Shown: one piece after another, positions 26,068-36,767 of the stretch | Layout: each line of letters opens with the position of its first letter | How positions within the stretch are numbered: position 1 is the stretch's first letter | From: Kondoa subrosea | Taxonomy: Eukaryota | Assembly (NCBI GenBank): GCA_039545335.1 | Contig: BCIN01000008.1 | Location: 1,003,528-1,067,527, forward strand | DNA length: 64,000 nt | Direction: 5' to 3' | The notes under the pieces: generated by a model | The model's input: the letters and a program-made list of their open reading frames with translations, nothing else | What the model was told of the DNA's origin: nothing | The model's database searches: none | Program-made: the position numbers and the translations under genes

Positions 26068-28085
26068 TTATTCCTCCTCTACCCACCAATGTGAGGCTTC
26101 CGATTGTCCAATGTCGTACTGCAACCAAAAGCTAGGTGCAATACTTCTCAATCCCCAGGCCACAACTCCTATTCTGGTGCTCGACAATCTGGTGATTTTG
26201 ATTTCTTGGTCGTAGGTGATTGCTGTAAGAGAAGTAAAGCTGGGAAAGAGCGTTGTGTTGAGCAGCGTGTCAAAAAGAGCAATAGGCACAGTTGCTGCAA
26301 CTCTAGTGGAAAGCTTCAGTGATTCAAGAGGTGGGAGAGTGGTTGCTTGACGCAGAACGAGGTGAAAATCTTCCCAAATAGACGCAGCTGGACTTGGATC
26401 GGTACATTTCATGTAGAGATGTTTACATCTGACAAGTCGTGGAAGAGCAAGTGCAAAGAAACCCCAGTCCCACGAGCCGCACATAGTCAGCGATTCAAGA
26501 TCATCAAGGCTGCCAAGCGCTGAATGTGGAAATTCCTGGAGAGTCATCTCTGAACCCGATTCAGATAGCCTAGATGTCTTCATAGCCATTGTTGGCTGTA
26601 GAGGTGGCACTGAATATAGAATGATCAGTCCACTCTGCAACTATCTTTCAGCCAGGCGTATTTACGGCATTTTGGTTTGCCAGACGAAACATCCACTTTG
26701 ATCTCTTCCCAACCAACCAGCAGCATTTGCAGATCAGCATCATGTCCAGATCGAAACACATTTTTGTTTACTCTTCCCACAAACATATGCGGAGATTGAC
26801 GAAAGAACTCAGATTTGCCTGAGTCTGTTTCTAGCTTCACTTTTTTCAATCGGGGGAACAGTTCGTGACTCAACAGGACATTCATTAAGGCTGTCGAGAA
26901 AGGTTCGTAAGTGAACAAGTCAATTTCTTCCAAGCCATCAGCTAGAAAGGGGCTGATTTTGAACACTTGTTCCAAAAGGGTCGATGACAGCGGTTCTTCT
27001 TCGTCGTCAAGCGGTTCTTCTTCGTCGTCAAAATGTAGCTTCAGCTGGCGGCACCTTTTAAGATTTTGCAAGAAGAATTGCAGGGCAGAAATTGCTTCGC
27101 GATGTACGGGTATTGAATGGAGTGAAAGAGAAAGAAGAGTCGAGAAGCAGGAGGTCAAGCTTTCTAGCTGTTTTGGAATACAGTCTAGAGTTAGAGACGA
27201 GGGTTTTGAGGATGCAAGAAGAAGATGGAGATCGGAGTAAAAGTTTTCACCGGCTGGGTTGCATCTGTAGCTAAGGTTCGTGAGCCGCTTCATGGTAGTA
27301 AAATCGTAGTATTGTTCAAAGCTATTCCATCCAGCCGTAAATCGACGAGATTCGGAAAAGCCGACGACCAATGTAGCAGACTGTCGTTGCCAAGGAGTTC
27401 CAGAAGATTGGCCCTGCATTGCGACAAACTATATCGAACGATGCCACCGGAAAATGGACACGAGGCAAGCAGATCTCGCAAATTTGGAAGGATGCTGTAG
27501 TCCTCAATTTCGTTTGCCGACACGTCCTCATCCTCGACTTCGTAATGCGATCTTTGCCAACAAACTTGAATGCCTATTTCCGTCACATTTGGTAGCAGCT
27601 TCAGGATACGCAGGGCTCGATCAAGCCGCTTCTCGCTCAAGGTCAAGGCCCGTCTTAAGTCTGGGTAGGTTACGATGCGCCGCTCGCTGTATGGCTTGTG
27701 GATAGGTGTCTGACCCATGTCCAATCTGACACCAATAAACCAATGGATTTTTTTGACCATACCCGCAAGATCTGAATTGAACAAGGAAGTGAGGACTTCT
27801 TGACGGTGGGCCGTGATATCGATGGTCCGGTAAAGTTCGGGGAGAAAGGCATGATCTGGAAATACAGCAGTTAGATGACAGAGACTGTTTGCGCATAACA
27901 TGATGCTACATACAGAAGGATTCTGTTTGATTCTAGCCATAAGCAAGCTGAACAAAAAAGCTAACGGAAGACTTACTGCAAGTCAAGCATAAATTGAAGA
28001 ATTCGTTCTGGGTTTCCAACAGCGAGTCGCTCAATAGAATGATTTCTTCCGCGACCATGCGACAGATATCCATGGGAAGAGACAT
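26068..28085 (-). pseudogene. F-box/LRR-like protein with an apparent frameshift near 27320 (pseudogene or assembly error)
   Basis: N-terminal MSLPMDICRMVAEEI..NLCLTC (F-box-like), LYRTIDI, degenerate LRRs (LPNVTEIGI, FPNLVDLRLDGI, FPRLKKVKL). Reading frame changes at ~27320 with no suitable intron. Confidence 0.55.
26989..27030. repeat. Perfect 21-bp tandem duplication (encodes DDEEEPL x2 on the minus strand)
   Basis: agcggttcttcttcgtcgtca repeated twice. Confidence 0.9.
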
Positions 28086-29104
28086 TTGTCAGGCAGAAAA
28101 TGGATTTACGCCTCAGGAGATTCAACACCAGATCCAACTTCAGGCTAACAAGACTTGCAAGAGACTAGGATGAAACCTTGACAGACTAGAAGCCACGATA
28201 CAGGCTGGAACGAGGTTCTCGAGCGCCGACCGAGCACAAGTTTGCGAGAATGAAATTTGGTCCTCTTGCGCCCAGACAATGACTTCCTTTACGTGGCTTG
28301 CTGCTCTTCTTGCTTCCTAACAGTCTCTCAATCTCCCAATCTATTGTTTCGCGCGGCTGCAAGGGTTCAGCTCAGTCTTCGATCGTTGCTCAAGGTCGAA
28401 AGCGAGTCAAGTGAATCTCGTCTGTTTCGCTGAATACCTTTGCAGAGTTTGCAGTACTTTGCAGTCTTTCGTGTCACTGCAAAGCCGTCTATGATTTTGT
28501 CTTGATGTTTGATCCTGCTTTCGATCGAATCTCAGTGTTTGTACTCACTGTACTAAGATGTTTCGCTCGAATCGCGCTGATAAAGCTTCGCGGATAGTTG
28601 TCGCTTGTGTCCTGTCGGAAGACTTCTTTAACGAGCTTCCTCATCTCTTATCTAGTCTGATTATGCATCTTACACGCATGTTCTGTCAGCCTGTGTTTTG
28701 TAGAAATCCCTACAAGCTTCACAGCTATCTAATGTCTGATATATCTGTGGGCTATGGCTATAGCTGCTCTTCCAATATCGAGCCATCATTGAATGTCAGC
28801 CTAGCTGTGTCTACTTTGAATTGGTAGCGAGTGATCTTCGCTTTCGGTTCGAAGACAAGACACTCACTAGTAAGTTACACGTGGATTAGGCTCCGGATAA
28901 GGCTGAAATCACGCGCAGGGAAGGCGAGTAAAGACTCGGATAATTCTATGTTGCTTCGGTTAAGAAACTCGAACAAATCGCGCAGCAAGCCTTAGTAAGA
29001 AGATCCTCAGGAAGCATAGCGATAGCGATAATGTAGTTATGATCTATAGACTTGTGCCTATGCCCGATCATCGTCATGCAAAACACGCTTAAGCTGCATC
29101 CGCG

Positions 29105-31641
29105 ATGTCGCTCGACAATTTGATTTTGCCAACCGAGCTGGGCCCTCTGCCAGCTCTCGTGAAAGCTCCTGATCCACCTCCGGGCTTGATGCTGCCAGAG
29201 CTCTCCGTCTCGAATCCCAAACCTCTATTGACGATTCGAAACCTCGAAGCTTTCGCTCATCCTGTCCTGAAAGACTTGGCTACTCTGGTCAGTACTACTT
29301 TGGAAGAAGAAGCATGGTATCACGGAATGACAGAGCCTCAATTGTTGCATGTGCTGAGGCTGTTGAAGGATCAATATGCCAACAACTCTTACAATGGTTG
29401 GTCCATCGATGATCCAAGATGGGATGCGCTCAAGCAGGCAGGTCCTCTTGATAAACTTACACTGGATCAGCTTTATGCCCTGACTTCGATTTACTCGTTG
29501 AATGAGCAAGTCGAAGAAGATGAAGCTTACGACCGGGAAATCGCATTAGAGAAACTTTCTGAGGCTCTCGTTGTTCTTTCTATGAAGAAACCTGTCTTGA
29601 TTGGTGCACCTTATCTTTACAAAGAGAAAGTTGGCGCAAATACTCGCGGAAATCTCCTCAATCTCTTTCGCGAAATCGGTCTCGTCACTCCGCAACACCT
29701 GCAAGGTCACGCTATCTATCATCACTGTCGAAATGAGATTACTCGTACTATCGGAGAAGATCCTTTGTTGAATGGTGAATTGAGTGTACCGCGAATGAAT
29801 ACGTTACTCAAGCGTGAGTTTTGCGTAACCATTGATATGGCAAACGCTGACTGAATTGTAGGCCTGCAAGAGATCAAGCGTGGATCTACCGAAGCTAGAC
29901 CGCCTGTCAGCCGAGAAACAGTCGCACCGCAGCCTCTCGCTTCGGCTCAAGCCTTGTTCGAAGAAGCTGGATCTACTTCAGAATCTGAGTCTTCTCGCTC
30001 ACCTTCTCCTAAACCACCGAAACGAGCAAGAAGAGAAAGATCACTGAGCTTGGATCCCGCTTTCAATCCAAATGTGATGTATTTCCCTCCGGCAGGTCAA
30101 CGCAAAGAAAGAAAGGTTCCTACTCTGGCTCCAGAACCTATTCCCTCCATACTGCCTACTCTCATTCAGCCCGAAAGACCTACTTTACCTGCAAGGTCTC
30201 AATCTGCTCGAGTCCCTACCCCAATCTTACCTCCTTCTAACAATCCTTTACCCAAACGAAAAACCACACCAATCTTGCCTCCCGCTACGGAACCAGCGCC
30301 TGTTGTTCCTGCATATGTTGATCGTCCTTGGCCAAGATTGGCAGATGATGATGGTCCACCTCTACCACCTTTCGATCCTAATTGGCAACCTGCACCAGGT
30401 CAACCTATTTACATGCAAAAACCGAAACCTTTTGTTTTGGATGATTTGGGTGCATCAAAGCAGAAGAAACAACAAGAAGAAAGGCGGAAGAAGAATGAGG
30501 AGAATCATAAAAGACAGAAAGCAGCTAAAGCAGCCATCGCTCGACTTCCAGCTTCAGCTCGAGTTCAACAAGAAGCAGCAAACGTTTCTGCTGATAGACA
30601 AGCTTCTGCAGCTTCCTCTTCTTCCAACACTGCCACCGCTGGTCCTTCTGCTGTCGTTTCTTTACCTAACATCGCTGCTTCAATAGCAAAAGCTAAAATT
30701 GAGAAAGCTCAAGAAGAGAAGAAAGCTAAAACACCAAAGAAAGGCAAAGTCGATTCCGCTGCTCCTGCTACAAACCAGCCAAAGAAATTGAGCAAAGGTC
30801 AAAGGAGGAAACAAAGAAAAGTAGAAGAAGAAGCTTTAGCAGCTGCGGCGGAAGCAGAGAAACTGAAAGCCAACACAGTTCATCTAGGCAAAGGACTGAA
30901 ATTCCAAGGCAAACAAAAGCTCTTGGATGCTTTCCAATATGCTGTACCGAAAGATAATGGTTTATGGGATTGGGATAGCAAATCAAGCGGTTTGGTCATT
31001 GACATGTATTGCAACAAGAGCGAAAAGAGAAGAGTCGCTTGCAAAGTTGGAGTGAAAGCTACTACAGATGGCAATGATGTCTGGTGAGCTATCAATTCAT
31101 CACTGTGTGAAGGAAATGCTCATGTTATTTCGATAGGACTGTCGTTCAATTCGAAACTAATCACACTTGCCCTCGCCTACCTGGCCGAATAGCTCAAACT
31201 CTTACCGATGTCGTCCTTCCGGACAATCTTTTACCAATTTCAACTCCGCCTGCGCCTACTGAAGCTGCTGCCGGCCCTGCTCCAATTGCTTCCACTTCCG
31301 GTAACAAGCCTAAAGCGTCAAAGAAGAGAGCAAGATCGACAGATCCCTCAACTGCGAAGGCCTCTACTTCTACTCCTTCATCCACTGTTGATCCAGCTCT
31401 GCTCAAGCTATTGAACGAATGCTTGAAAGAAGAACTAGCACTAAAGACTGCTAAACTCTTTGCATCGCAGAACATGGGCATTGAAGACATGGATGCTCAT
31501 TTCGGCGAATACTTGCAAGGACCTGATGTAGATCTTGGTGATCTATCAGCGCCGGAAAAATTCTTTGTCAAGACTTTGTTGGCAAATCATTTGCTGGGCA
31601 ATGCTGCGCCGAAGAGGAAGAAGACAAAGACTGTTGTGTGA
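29105..31641 (+). CDS. Family member D: HxxRNE module, Pro/Lys-rich linker, Mutator/WRKY-GCM1-like zinc finger (C2HC), SAM-like C-terminal domain
   Basis: IGAPYLY...GHAIYHHCRNEITRTIGEDPLLNG; LGKGLKF...YCNKSEKRRVAC...W|TVVQFETNHTC; C-terminal LFASQNMGIED...LSAPEKFFVK...KRKKTK. Confidence 0.75.
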
Positions 31642-32192
31642 AAGCTGCTATTCAGAGTTGTTTGTGTTTGGCAGGAGGTCAACTCTAACTCCCTCGATCA
31701 AGGTTCGCGATGTTGGTCATGTCCATGTAAGCCATCGGCAGCCGATGAAAGTGGATCTAAAGTCATAGCCAGTAGATAATTACAGTAACCTGCTTGCTTT
31801 GTTGTACAAATCTTTCTTCAGAGGCAATGTGATAATGATGTGGATTAGTAATGCTTTGCAAACAGATCAAGGCAGCATTTATGGAAGAAGGCATAGCAGA
31901 CAAATATCGTAAAACACGAACTAGAAAGATGCGGTACGAGTGATAGCCTTAGAGACGAGATGTAATAAGTGCATTAAAAAGACCATTCGACCTAATTGCG
32001 ATTCGTTGAAAACACCTCCGCAGCGCAACTTAAAATGGTGAATCTAAGCGATTCTTAAGTATCGCTAGCATCAGTCTGTGCAGTGACATCACTGACATGA
32101 TCACAAATCAATGGCATCGATCCCTGCAGCCAGTAGTATCAGACTTCGATCTCCATCTGAACAAACCAGGATACTCACAATCCAACCACTCT

Positions 32193-33469
32193 TCAAAACC
32201 CCAAAGAATCGCTGTGCTTGCCATGGTTTGCATCCTCATACAAACTAATCCCACGTTCATCCAAAGCTTTCACCAAAGCTTTCCTTCCCACATCGCTAGC
32301 ATTGGCAAAAGACAAACTCTCAAGATCGGCAAAGTTGCTCCCTACTTTGATAGCAGAGGCAAAAGAATCAATGTCAATGTAATTCAGGTGAAGATCTTGA
32401 ACACTTTTGCTCGCAAAGACGCCGGAGGGAATTTCAGCATCATTTTGGTAAAAGAGACCGCTGATTTGTTTACTGTGAAGAAAGCAATGAGATGTAAATG
32501 TCAATGATATTTGTATATATGAAAAAGACCTTACTGCAAAGGTTGATCTTCGATTTGCGAAACACCAAGGTAAAGCAAATTGGGCAAAGAGCTGACCAGA
32601 GAAGAAGAATCGAAAGCTGGTGCGTCAACAAACATGCCAAGATGAACCAAAGTTTCTGGTAAAACAGCAATAACGGAATCGATTTGATCTTCATTGAGCT
32701 TCTTGTCGAACTCGAGATGGAAAATGGACAAGATACTGTCTTCTTTCGCTGATAAATCGAAATCTGGAGCATTAACTTTGCCCGAGCCAAAAAGTTGAAG
32801 ATGTAAACGCTGCAAAAGTGGAAAACCAACAAAGAAAGAGATTTGATCTGCCAAAATTGATTCTTTGGTAGTAAAACCACGCAATCTGACTTCTTTCATC
32901 TTGTTCAAATCTGCAGCTTCTAGCTCATCAATCACTTCATTCAAAGATGGTAAAGCTGAATGAGGTTTGCCAACACCATCGCTTGAGATATGCAAGACTG
33001 TCAAATGAGCGAAAGTGAGGACGCCTCTGAGCAAATCGACTCGAGATTCCCGCATATGACTTCCTGTAGGATAGTGCATGAAACCAAATTGAGTAATCGA
33101 TGCTGCGGCTTTAGATGAATTGCTGTTGGCCAATTTGTAAGCTTCCAAAAAGCTGCCTCGAACAGATGGATGGAAGACAAGCATAGGGCTGGATTTAACT
33201 TCAGAGGCTTTAATAGCTGCTTTTGCTGGTTTACTGAGAGACTTGCAGATACGTTGCAAATCGAGCATTGATCTTTGATAGCGAATGTATTTCTTGTGTT
33301 GCGTGAAAGCTGGTTTGGTTATAGCCATGAAAATGCGCTCTTGAAGCTCGCGAGATAAAGTCATGAAAGTAGCTGGGACAGGCTTGCGCTTCTCAGAACT
33401 GTCGAGACCTGAGTCTCTTGGTTTTCTCTTGCTGGGATTGGCAGCTTTGCCTCCTCGAGTACGCGGCAT
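32193..33469 (-). CDS. F-box/LRR-like protein
   Basis: FMTLSRELQERIFMAI (F-box-like) followed by degenerate LRRs (FPLLQRLHL, LPETLVHLG, LPNLLYLGV). The 3' end is uncertain. Confidence 0.6.
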
Positions 33470-34981
33470 ATTCAGTTAGTTAGGAGCTCAGCCGCGATGA
33501 ACTGGATTCGAGATAGGCGCTGGCAGAGCTGCATCGATGTTGGAAAGCAACCTTGTTTTGTTTTGTCGAAATTAGGCAGCTTGACGTTGGAACACGATCT
33601 CGCAATAGGAGATATTCTCAGGCGATCTGTGTAGCTCCATGTACTGACTTCCTGCTACGCGTTCCAGCTATTCTCGCTTGAATCCTTCTATCAGAGCAAA
33701 AAACACCTGAAAAGACAAACCTCGTCGCAGCGCGTTTCCAAGGCTGGCAGTCCGTTGTCAGGGGTGTCAAGATCAGCAATCCAGATCCGCATCAAGCTCG
33801 TGGCTAGGGCATTAGAGCGATATCGCCGATTCCATCCCTCAACACAGTTGTCGCTACAGTGGTTTTCCAGTAAGGTGTCTTCCTCAGTACACACTATATT
33901 TGCTACGGTCATCCTGAGATTGATATTTCGAACCTCGCTTGTTACCAGTCAGTATCAAAACTGCTGTCTCCCCTTTCGAAATCTAGTCCTCTCTTCCCTC
34001 TCTTGACTATTACCATGCTTCCACCATTGCCGTTAACGGTATTCAGTCTCTCTACTCCATACTATCTGGACTGGCCAATTCAAGCACCAGAGCCAAACAT
34101 TTACCGCTGCAAACCTGACGATGGCGAATACCTATCTTTTGCATTTCTGTCTCATGAATACTTTATACGCGTCTTTAAGGTAATCTTCACACCTCTGAGA
34201 TCTTCATCCTGACTGATATGCCTTCGCAAAGACTGGAAGAGCTTCAAGTATTGATCACTACAAATTCTCTCATTCCTGCAGAACGAAAGAATGCGATAGT
34301 GGTAGAATCGTCAGAGTTCTACGCCATATTGTCTGTCTCTCTACATTCAGCGGGTATAAGCCAAGGAATACCAGGTTGGTCCATGCCTGTTGTGGAAGGT
34401 AAATGGACCTGCGCATTGCTTGGGATCAGGCGGTTCGTCTTCTTTGTTCTCGACTGCAATCGCATGGACTGATATCTTCTGGGTAGTGATCTTGTCGCTT
34501 CGCAAACCGAGCTACTCAACATTTGTATTACGAAAGGTTTTTTATCTGCTACAGAGCATTACTTAAGTATGCTGGCTCATCGATTCGATTTGGCTTGTGG
34601 CTGATCAGACTCTAAATCAGAGGAGGCTCGATCCTTACCATCTAATTCAAGTCTCGGAGAAAGATTATTGGATCGGTTTGGTGTACCATTCAAATCGCGC
34701 GCCGTCACCAACGAATCTGATTCATCAGCAACATCTAGTCAACCTAAGATCATCGAAGCTGGTACTGAAAGCACTCATACATCTTCTGACGGCTAGCTCG
34801 AAGTTCTGCAAGGCTCCTTCAAGTAACTTTCGGATGTGCGAACCTGTGTGTATAATAGTATTTGTAATTGCATATCTTTGTCACCGCTGCTATACTGCTT
34901 TATTCATGCTTGTATTCGCCATATCGAAATTGAAGACCAACCTTGTTTTTTCCGGGTTGATCTTGCAACACGAAGTCCAAA

Positions 34982-36359
34982 ATGGCCAAACGCAAGTCTG
35001 CTGTACCTACAGTACCTGCACCAGAACAGCCTGCCATTGAATTAGACCCAGAGTGCGTTCCATTCCAATGCAAAGCCAAGATTCTTGCTTGCTTTGTGTG
35101 CTTCGCGGCAATTTGGCTGATTGGCTTGTTCCCGACTACAGAGAAGAAGAGGAGGAAGAGGAAGAAGAGGAACAGCAGGAAGCCGAAGAATACGAATCTG
35201 AGACTTCATCACAATCTGGCACTGAATCTTTGACTTGGATCTCATGGTTCTGCTCTTTGCCTGGACATGAATGTATATCCCCTTCGACGCATATGTTAAT
35301 CTGATCAAGCTCATCTAATGTACTCAACAGACTTTGCGGAAGTAGCAGAAGACTTCATTGAAGATGACTTCAATCTGACTGGCTTGAACGCTCTTGTACC
35401 ATTCTACAAAGAAGCACTGGATATGGTATTGGATGTAGAACCTGAGGAAGAGCAGCTCAAGATTCCGGATGTATCCCTTATCGAAAGCTCTGCCGAACTA
35501 CTCTATGGCTTGATTCACCAACGTTTCATCATCACTCGTCAGGGCTTTCAGCAGATGGTCAGTCTTTCGCTTTATACTTCGCTGTCAGACCTTCCTAATG
35601 TGATGGCAGTCTGAGAAATACGAGAATGCTCATTTCGGCACATGCGCTCGAGTATATTGCAATTCTGTCAAGGTACTGCCATGTGGTCGAACCGATCTAC
35701 CAGGTGTAGATACAGTCAAACTTTTTTGTCCTTCTTGTATCGACATCTACACACCACCTTCAAGTCGATTCAACGGTGTAGACGGAGCTTTCTTTGGAAC
35801 GACTTTCCCTCATCTTTTCTTCCAATCTCACAAAGATCTTTTGCCACAACATCCAATCCTCGATATGAAACTTAGAGAACAACAACCTTCTGCTGTTCGG
35901 GTTGGAAATTCAGAACCTACTACGAATCCTTTACTCAGCAACTCTCTACCGAAAAACATTGACGCTTCTAGAGCTTCTTCACTCGGTCCAGGTATGGAAC
36001 AACAACCTTCTACTACAACTCCTTCTTCCTCTTCTACTGCAACAACAACAAAACGAAGTGGAAACGTTTTCCCAGCTACTACACCTTTAACTTCTAGTGC
36101 GAAATTGTATATTCCAAGAATTTATGGATTCAAAGTTTCTGAAAAAGCTAGAAGTGGACCTAGAATGCAATGGATGCGAATGAGGGAAAGGAATGCTAAA
36201 GAATTGGAAACTGTTGATTCGAAAGGAAGATTTATTGGTAGGGAAGGTACTGTGGATACTACTGATGAAGAAGAAGAGGAAGATGATGAAGATGAAGACG
36301 AGAGTGAGGAAGAGATAATTCAACAGGAACCAAAGTCTGGAAAGAAGTCAAAGGCTTGA
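34982..36359 (+). CDS. CKB1: Casein kinase II regulatory beta subunit
   Basis: [63 protein letters not shown]...[36 protein letters not shown]. Confidence 0.93.
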
Positions 36360-36767
36360 AAGGATACACCTGTGGACATAAATTGGCTGGTTGTAATCTC
36401 GGTTTCTGATGCGATACACATGTAGATTTGCTTGCTGTCCGCCTTCACAGATCTCTGATCATCAATTGAAATCGGCTTCATTTGATCTGATAAGCTGAGT
36501 CTTCTTCTGCTGCAACCAGCCAGGAGAATACCTAGGATACTATATTCCCATGCTCGTGCGATAGAGTTGCCATACCTGCTTCTGCCGGGCCTCCTTTCTT
36601 TCTGGGCTTCCTGAATCTAGCCGCAGCAATAGAAGCATCCTTGAAGCATCCTCGCTAGCGAGACGAGAGAATGTTATGCGTCTCCTCTATAACGGTTGCT
36701 ACGACTCTGTTTGGATTAGTCTGTGAAGTTCAAGCGCTCTGCTTGCGTCTGGCAGTGTCACGACAAG

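Noticed and set aside
26619..26672. Second frame break in the F-box/LRR gene
   Set aside because: Explained by an intron GTAAAT...CTGAT...TTCAG on the minus strand.
13598..31641. Interpretation of the zinc-finger genes as active Mutator transposons
   Set aside because: No DDE catalytic domain, terminal inverted repeats or target-site duplications were seen; the copies are highly diverged with conserved introns.
33690..34980. Short ORFs (34003-34212, 34218-34472, 34597-35040) in the 1.5-kb gap before CK2-beta
   Set aside because: No recognisable motifs and no convincing spliced model; cannot be supported as a gene.
35630..35665. CK2-beta zinc-finger motif reads CARVYC rather than the usual CPRVYC
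   Set aside because: Single substitution with the cysteines intact; insufficient grounds to claim functional novelty.
36262..36315. GAA/GAG-rich tracts here and at ~12050-12100, ~35143-35170 and ~48320-48370
   Set aside because: They simply encode acidic low-complexity protein segments; not repeats of independent interest or CRISPR-like arrays.
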